Assembly (NCBI GenBank): GCA_965213865.1 | Contig: OZ243928.1 | Span: 1,706,945-1,770,944 of the forward strand | DNA: 64,000 bases | Direction: 5' to 3' | Origin: Arenicellales bacterium | GTDB lineage: Bacteria; Pseudomonadota; Gammaproteobacteria; Arenicellales; JAJDZL01 | In this document: positions 58,650-64,000 of the stretch, one piece after another | Numbering within the stretch: position 1 is the stretch's first letter | How the letters are laid out: every line of letters begins with the position of its first letter | Made by a program: the position numbers and the translations under genes | The notes under the pieces: generated by a model | Seen by the model: only the letters and a program-made list of their open reading frames with translations | What the model was told of the DNA's origin: nothing | The model's database searches: none

Positions 58650-59324
58650 TTATTGCGAGGTTAGCTGACCTGATTGCAGATGCCACCTGCAATCGCTGCT
58701 TTGGGCGATTTCTTTGCTGTGTGTGACCATTATGACGGTGGATTCGCGGCTCGCTTCCCGCAGCGTTTCCATGACTCCCTGGGCTGTCTGATCATCAAGG
58801 TTGCCTGTCGGCTCATCGGCCAAGATCAAGATCGGCTGATGCACAAGCGCTCGCGCAATCGCAACTCGCTGCTGCTCGCCGCCTGAGAGTGATGATGGAT
58901 AGCTGCCATGCCGACTGCCGAGTCCCACGCGCTCAAGCATTGCATCAACCCTCGCTTTTCGGTTTGGCAGATTATTCAATTCCAGCGGCAGCAATACGTT
59001 CTCAGCGACAGTCAGCGAGGGGATCAGATTGAAGAACTGAAAAATGATGCCGATATGGCGGCGGCGCAATAGTGTACGCTCGGTTCGCTGCAAAGAGCTG
59101 ACAGGAGTATTGGCAACCATAATTGTGCCTTTATCAGGAATATCAATACCGCAGATGAGATTGAGCAGAGTTGATTTTCCTGAGCCGCTGCGGCCAGTGA
59201 TGACATGAATTGAACCGGCTTTGAATTCAGCGTCTGCGTTGATCAGGACATTGCGCGTGATATCGCCTTCGAGGAAGGCTTTGTGCACGTTTGAAATGGC
59301 AACAGCACAAGAATCGGCGGTCAT
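58650..59324 (-). CDS. ABC transporter ATP-binding protein (LolD/MacB type)
   Basis: GRSGSGKS, LSGGEQQRVAIARAL, ADEPTGNLD, VTH. Confidence 0.92.
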   Translation of the reverse strand: MTADSCAVAISNVHKAFLEGDITRNVLINADAEFKAGSIHVITGRSGSGKSTLLNLICGIDIPDKGTIMVANTPVSSLQRTERTLLRRRHIGIIFQFFNLIPSLTVAENVLLPLELNNLPNRKARVDAMLERVGLGSRHGSYPSSLSGGEQQRVAIARALVHQPILILADEPTGNLDDQTAQGVMETLREASRESTVIMVTHSKEIAQSSDCRWHLQSGQLTSQ

Positions 59325-59567
59325 TGTTTGGGAAATCAAATCTTCGCTTTTTAGGTGTTGAGTTTTCGAAAAGCAGCGCTTCGATTGCAACTGAGCAATG
59401 AGCCGAGGCCACTTGCTGATTCGCGAGCCTGCAAAGAAAATCAGTTTGTCCTAGACAATCTTTAGCGACTGGAAATACTCAATTGAGTTTGTCTGCTCCG
59501 AAAAGCAAACTGTGAACTTGCTGGAAAGGAAAATACAGATATTGCACAGTTCGGCTTGGAACCGATC

Positions 59568-61124
59568 TCACATGCCCCAGACGGTCACCCTGCGGCCGCC
59601 GGCTGAGGCCTCGCGCCGGAACACCTTCTCATCCCAGGAGCGCTGCTCCGAGCGGTCAAAGACCACCAGATGGCCGCTCGCCGCGCCGCACCTGTCCATG
59701 TAGCCGCCGATCTGAGCCAGGCCCTCCTCCACCGTGCGCTCCAGGCCGCTGCGGCGCAGCTTGCACTCGATCACCTCCCGCTGCCGCTGCGGACCCCACT
59801 CGATCAGCAGGTCGGTGCGCATTCTTCCCAATCCGTACTCGCGCTCGATGCGCCCGCCGGCGTTGACCACCCGCTGCAGGAACGCCTGCAGCAGCAGCTG
59901 CGGACCTGCCTCTTTATAGTCAAAGCGCTCCACCCAGTGCTCGGACTGCTCTCTGAAGAACGCCTGGAACGATGCCATCAGCTTGTCCATCTGCAGTTTT
60001 CCGTCCTCGACAAACCAAGCCGTCTCATGCGGCAGCGCCTCATCGGCCGAGGTGATCAGCTCGCGCGGAATCACCTCGCGGTAGATGGCGTTGGCAATCT
60101 GGATCCGCTGGCCCGGACTGATCAGGCCCAGGTCCCGCACATACTGCACATCGTCCGGCTGGTACGGCTGCGGCACAGCGCCGCTGACCAAAGGCTCGAT
60201 GACCCGCCTGACGCGTCCCTCGCGCAGCTTGTCGGCCAGCTGGTCCAGATGCGTGTCGCGGCGCCGGATCAACTCCTCCCGGGCGTCAATCACATCATCG
60301 TGCCCGATGGTCACCCTGCGGTCCCTCACTTTCTTCAAGGCCTCATGCGCCAGCGCATTGACCAGCCACGGCTGCCCGGCGGTGGAGTCCCATACCTCGG
60401 CCAGCGCCTCCCCGCTCCACGGCTGGCCGGTCTCTTCGGTGTGCTGGCGCAGCAGGGCGCGGGTCTCGGCCGCGGTGAAGTCCCCCATCCGCAGGGACTC
60501 CGCCTTGATGTTGAAGGCGCTGCCGCCGGTGATGATCGCCTTCTCGGCGCCGGAGTGGATGCGGTAGTCTCTGACATCGCGGATGCCGCACAGGATCACG
60601 CACTGCGGAAAATGCTTCGGCCGCTCGGCATAGCCGGCGCGCAGCTGGCGCAGCACCGAGATCAGCGTGTCGCCGACCAGCGCGTCGATCTCGTCGAGCA
60701 TGACCACCAGCGGCCGGGAATCGTCCCGCGCCCAGCGCCGCAGCACCTCTCGCAAGGCGCCGTGCGGCCCCGAGGCCTTGAGAATATCCTCCCATCTGTC
60801 CTCGACGAAACGGTCCTCAAGGTGATCCACCGCTGAGCCGGAAAGGCCGCTGAGAATCGCCTGCATCGCGACCTGCGTATCTTCCCGCGCGGCCTGCGCC
60901 GGCTCGACATTGACATACACCGCGCGATAGCGATGGGACTGGTTCAGTTCGTCCATCAGGGCGAGCAGCGCCGAGGTCTTGCCCGTCTGGCGCGGGGCAT
61001 GCAGGATGAAATACCGCTTCTGCCCGATCAGCCCAAACAACTCATCCCGGTCCATGCGGTCCAAAGGCGCAATGTGATAGTTGTCTTCCGGCACAACCGG
61101 GCCGGCGGTGTTGAAAAATCGCAT
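59568..61124 (-). CDS. AAA-like ATPase with a C-terminal PD-(D/E)XK nuclease-like domain
   Basis: MRFFNTAGP, APRQTGKTS (Walker A), LDEID (Walker B), C-terminal RTDLL...IECK; GC-rich. Confidence 0.8.
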   Translation of the reverse strand: MRFFNTAGPVVPEDNYHIAPLDRMDRDELFGLIGQKRYFILHAPRQTGKTSALLALMDELNQSHRYRAVYVNVEPAQAAREDTQVAMQAILSGLSGSAVDHLEDRFVEDRWEDILKASGPHGALREVLRRWARDDSRPLVVMLDEIDALVGDTLISVLRQLRAGYAERPKHFPQCVILCGIRDVRDYRIHSGAEKAIITGGSAFNIKAESLRMGDFTAAETRALLRQHTEETGQPWSGEALAEVWDSTAGQPWLVNALAHEALKKVRDRRVTIGHDDVIDAREELIRRRDTHLDQLADKLREGRVRRVIEPLVSGAVPQPYQPDDVQYVRDLGLISPGQRIQIANAIYREVIPRELITSADEALPHETAWFVEDGKLQMDKLMASFQAFFREQSEHWVERFDYKEAGPQLLLQAFLQRVVNAGGRIEREYGLGRMRTDLLIEWGPQRQREVIECKLRRSGLERTVEEGLAQIGGYMDRCGAASGHLVVFDRSEQRSWDEKVFRREASAGGRRVTVWGM

Positions 61125-61226
61125 GATCTCGGATTATACCGTTCGCAACTCGCCGACAATCGTGACTGCAAGATCAACCGAAACGAAAAATCAGCAGGAT
61201 TGGCTCAATAGTGTCTTTTTACACAT

Positions 61227-61830
61227 TCAAGTCTCAATGCTATTTGGACAATGTCGATCAATTGCAGCCTCCAGATCATCCGGATCGAAAATGATATCTT
61301 CGCACCAGACGCCGAAACCTCCATCAGTATTGACCGCTGTCACCCACTCCTGCAGGAATTTTCTTTTCAGATTAGCCTCTTCAGTGTCTATCCCCTTTAC
61401 TTCCATTACAAGAGTCTTGTCATTTTTCAGCCTGACTATGAAATCTGGACGATATTTCTTGACCACTCCGCCAGATGCATAGCTAATGTCGAAATCCAAA
61501 TGATCGTTCTTTGCCTATGCAGCTGCATTTTCTTTTCGGTCTAATTTTGAGGTAGCAGTCTTCTCCCATGTGTGTCATATATACAGAAATTGATGTGACT
61601 TCGAGCAGTGGGGGTAAATGGTTTGCTCGTCAGTCCAATGCTTAAGCAGTCTTTTTGTGATGCCGGTTACGTCTGGGTAATTGAGAAATCGCCAGTTTTT
61701 TACGCGGGTGCGAATCTTGTTGCCAAGAGGAATTTCCTTAAATTCGCCTGCATCATCAAATGAACCTGCTGAGTCGGATGCGATTAGATGTCCAGCTGAT
61801 CGGCACCTTGGAACCTCGTCAAACAGTTGG
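61227..61830 (-). pseudogene. Type III restriction endonuclease (Res) remnant with a large internal deletion
   Basis: N-terminal IRTRVKNWR..YPDVTGITKRLLKHW joined to C-terminal SH(I)NFCIYD..WE...*AKNDHLDF...YRPDFIVRL...EVKG; frameshifts and an in-frame TAG. Confidence 0.72.
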
Positions 61831-61893
61831 CTGCTGATTTCTAGGATTCGCAATTGCGATCAAACAGGACGTATCGACGAATACCTTCTTCAT
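61819..61893 (-). pseudogene. 5' stub of a PIN-domain (VapC) toxin
   Basis: MKKVFVDTSCLIAIANPRNQ matches the PIN N-terminus pattern (VFVDTS); its ATG overlaps the stop of the upstream small ORF. Confidence 0.62.
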
Positions 61894-62072
61894 TCATGCT
61901 CTTTTTCGTAAAGATAGTAATCAAGATTTTCGATCAGATTCGGCGGGAGTTTCGCCCATTCCTCATCAGGAGCCTCACTTGCGATCTTGTCGACTTTTTC
62001 TTCAAAATTCGGTTTTGAGGCATCAAAATCATTTGAAGAATTTGATGCGATCGCCTCATCGATCAGTTTCAA
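61890..62072 (-). CDS. Small antitoxin-like protein (possibly 5'-truncated)
   Basis: EEWAKLPPNLIENLDYYLY resembles the LP.D...HDHYLY small proteins found upstream of PIN toxins; coupled to the VapC stub. Confidence 0.5.
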   Translation of the reverse strand: MKLIDEAIASNSSNDFDASKPNFEEKVDKIASEAPDEEWAKLPPNLIENLDYYLYEKEHE

Positions 62073-62400
62073 GCTTTCGATGCCCCTTGCTAATCAATAA
62101 TTTTTACAGCGACACGCCGGTGCTCGCCAAGTTCAAAAGGCAGAGATGCAGTGCCTAGATACACTTCAACCAGATCCGCGGCCAATTCGCTGCAAAGACT
62201 GTTCGCGAGTTTGGACCAGCCATCATCTTTTCCGGCCATTGAAAAAAAAACTTGGCGCGGCAAGAGACTGCGTCCATCGTAATCGATGTCAAGCATCCAC
62301 ATTGCAATTTTGTCGCTGCCGCCTGATTCCAGTGAGCCATTCGAAATGTTGTAGTAATCGAATCCATTGACTGTAACTTGATGCGAAGGCGATAAATTGC
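62060..62400 (-). pseudogene. C-terminal remnant of a type III R-M methyltransferase (Mod)
   Basis: VNGFDYYN..ESGG..IAMWMLDIDYDGRSL.PRQVFF.MAG...RVAVKIID* then frameshifted GIESLK; no methyltransferase core upstream. Confidence 0.7.
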
Positions 62401-62615
62401 CTCATGGATATGAATTTCATTATCGGATATATTCAGCAGCCACTCAGGTCTGATTCGATTTTTTTGATAATTGCCGCCTGCGTATAAACTGAAACTTCAG
62501 TCCAGATCCGCGCTTTTGCTGTCCGGGCGCCAATACGGCTCTCTGCCGATGCCAGGATGTCTGAAGTTTTTATTCCTATTCTGCGCCTTCCTTAAGTGTA
62601 GATCCCGATGCTGTT

Positions 62616-63566
62616 TCACAATACTCTTTCGGTCAGATAGTGCGCGCATCCAGTCAGCGCAGCGTAATCATCTTCGATGACTGAGACGCCGAAATTCTGC
62701 ATAAAGCTGCTGAAACGGCCCTGGTCACAAAAGGCCTCGGCGAAGCCGTATTGCAGCAGGCGGGGGGCGATGGAGCGCGATACGCCGCCGACCAGAAATA
62801 TGCCGCCCAGCGGCAACAGGGTCAGTGCGAGATGGCCAGCTTGCATGCCGAGCATCCGTACGAAGATCCGCAGCGTTTGCTCAGCGCGGGCATCGCCCGC
62901 CGCCAGCGCATCAATGATGTCAGGCGCGCAGGCGGTTGAAAGCGTCTCATCCGAGCGGCCGAGCCAGGCGTGAATGTTCTCGATACCGCGGCCTGACAAA
63001 ACTTCCTCAGCATCAGCATATCCGCGGTGAGCCGCGATAAACTTTGCCAGCTCATGGTCTGCGTTCGTGCGGATTGGCATGCTGACATGACCGGCTTCCG
63101 CCGGTGCGGCAAAACGGCCGCCCGGCAAGTGGTAAACGGCAGTCGCATTGAACCCGGTGCCGACACCAATGACGAGTTGCGTTGCATTCGCTGCCGCTTC
63201 GGGCTGTACGATAATTTCCCGCAAGCCGGTTGAGGGCATTTGCCCCAGCGTGTGGCCATACGCCTGTAAATCATTCATAATTTCGACATGACGGATGCCG
63301 GTGGCTTGCGCAACCGTCGCGGTGTCGATACGCCAGTCGACGTTTGTGCATACAGCAGTGTCATCGTGTACCGGACCCGCAACCGCGACGCAGGCATGAT
63401 GGCATTCGATTGGTTTCGAGTTTGCCAGGTAGTGCTGCAGCAGCGCGGCGATATCGGAATACTCCGCATTGCGGTACGGTCGGATTGAGTCCTCTATCAC
63501 GGCTGACTCTTTGGCGAGTGCAACGCGTGTATTTGTGCCGCCGATATCCGCAACGAGTGAGTACAT
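62616..63566 (-). CDS. glk: Glucokinase
   Basis: LVADIGGTNTR, AVAGPV, MNDL, GVGTGFN, EAGH, EEVLSGRG. Confidence 0.88.
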   Translation of the reverse strand: MYSLVADIGGTNTRVALAKESAVIEDSIRPYRNAEYSDIAALLQHYLANSKPIECHHACVAVAGPVHDDTAVCTNVDWRIDTATVAQATGIRHVEIMNDLQAYGHTLGQMPSTGLREIIVQPEAAANATQLVIGVGTGFNATAVYHLPGGRFAAPAEAGHVSMPIRTNADHELAKFIAAHRGYADAEEVLSGRGIENIHAWLGRSDETLSTACAPDIIDALAAGDARAEQTLRIFVRMLGMQAGHLALTLLPLGGIFLVGGVSRSIAPRLLQYGFAEAFCDQGRFSSFMQNFGVSVIEDDYAALTGCAHYLTERVL

Positions 63567-63580
63567 GCTGCCGGATGGAG

Positions 63581-64000
63581 TCAGTCGCCGACACGATGCC
63601 CGCTGGCATCGAAGAAATGACAATGCTCCGGTGCGAACTGAAGTCCTGCCTCAGATCCGTAAGCGGATTCGGCATCTCCGGCGACCCGAATTGTCAGAGC
63701 TCCGAGCGGCCCGCAATCGATGACCAAAAATGTGTCGGCTCCAAGATATTCAATGACATCCACCTTGCCGGTGCATTGTCCATCACCGGGATTGCACAGC
63801 CTGATGTGCTCAGGTCTGACGCCGAGATGAGTCGGGCGCCCTCGGCCTGCAAAAATGCCCTCGCCGCCGCCCTCGAGCCGAAAACGCCCTCTCTCGGCGG
63901 TACAGGGCAGGATATTCATCTTGGGACTTCCGATGAATTGCGCGACGAACAGATTCTGTGGATGCCGGTAGAGCTCGCGGGGTGTGCCGATCTGTGAAAT
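63581..64000 (-). CDS. Sugar ABC transporter ATP-binding protein (MalK/UgpC family), C-terminal part, runs off the window
   Basis: GTPRELYRHPQNLFVAQFIGSPKMN, LGVRPEH, IEYLGADT. Confidence 0.87.
   Translation of the reverse strand: MSQIGTPRELYRHPQNLFVAQFIGSPKMNILPCTAERGRFRLEGGGEGIFAGRGRPTHLGVRPEHIRLCNPGDGQCTGKVDVIEYLGADTFLVIDCGPLGALTIRVAGDAESAYGSEAGLQFAPEHCHFFDASGHRVGD

Noticed and set aside
59670-60836. 388-aa + strand ORF
   Set aside because: Antisense shadow of the GC-rich AAA ATPase gene.
62242-62250. A9 run as a fourth phase-variation tract
   Set aside because: It lies inside the Mod pseudogene remnant, is in frame with the conserved QVFF motif, and is not in a leader.
1-64000. tRNA, rRNA, tmRNA, RNase P, SRP and IS/transposase genes
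   Set aside because: No signature motifs recognised by eye; an Infernal/tRNAscan search of the intergenic gaps (11113-11785, 12173-12607, 30082-31021, 41934-42429) would be needed to exclude ncRNAs.

Overview
Bacterial chromosomal DNA. Gene content and order (leuS-lptE-holA-proA-nadD-rsfS, maf-yhdP-nitrilase-tldD-pmbA, trpGDC, aspS-nudB) point to a gammaproteobacterium; a marine or host-associated lifestyle is only an inference. About 42 kb is housekeeping genes, with two dispersed DUF1640/CCDC90-like coiled-coil paralogues, one carrying perfect 33-bp and 21-bp coding repeats. From 42.4 kb on there are accessory blocks: a divergent pair (Cys-rich secreted protein and a ~1100-aa autotransporter), a quaternary-amine catabolic cluster, a Calx-beta-like secreted protein, an ABC/AttH operon, an AAA+PD-(D/E)XK gene, and decayed defence genes (McrC, type III mod/res, a VapBC-like pair). 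The strongest finding is that three unrelated secreted-protein genes each carry a G/C homopolymer in the signal-peptide-coding region (C10 in frame; G9 and C8 out of frame), and all three read through at a length of 10. This looks like a phase-variation (contingency) system, but homopolymer sequencing error must be excluded using the reads. No tRNA, rRNA or CRISPR array was recognised by eye.
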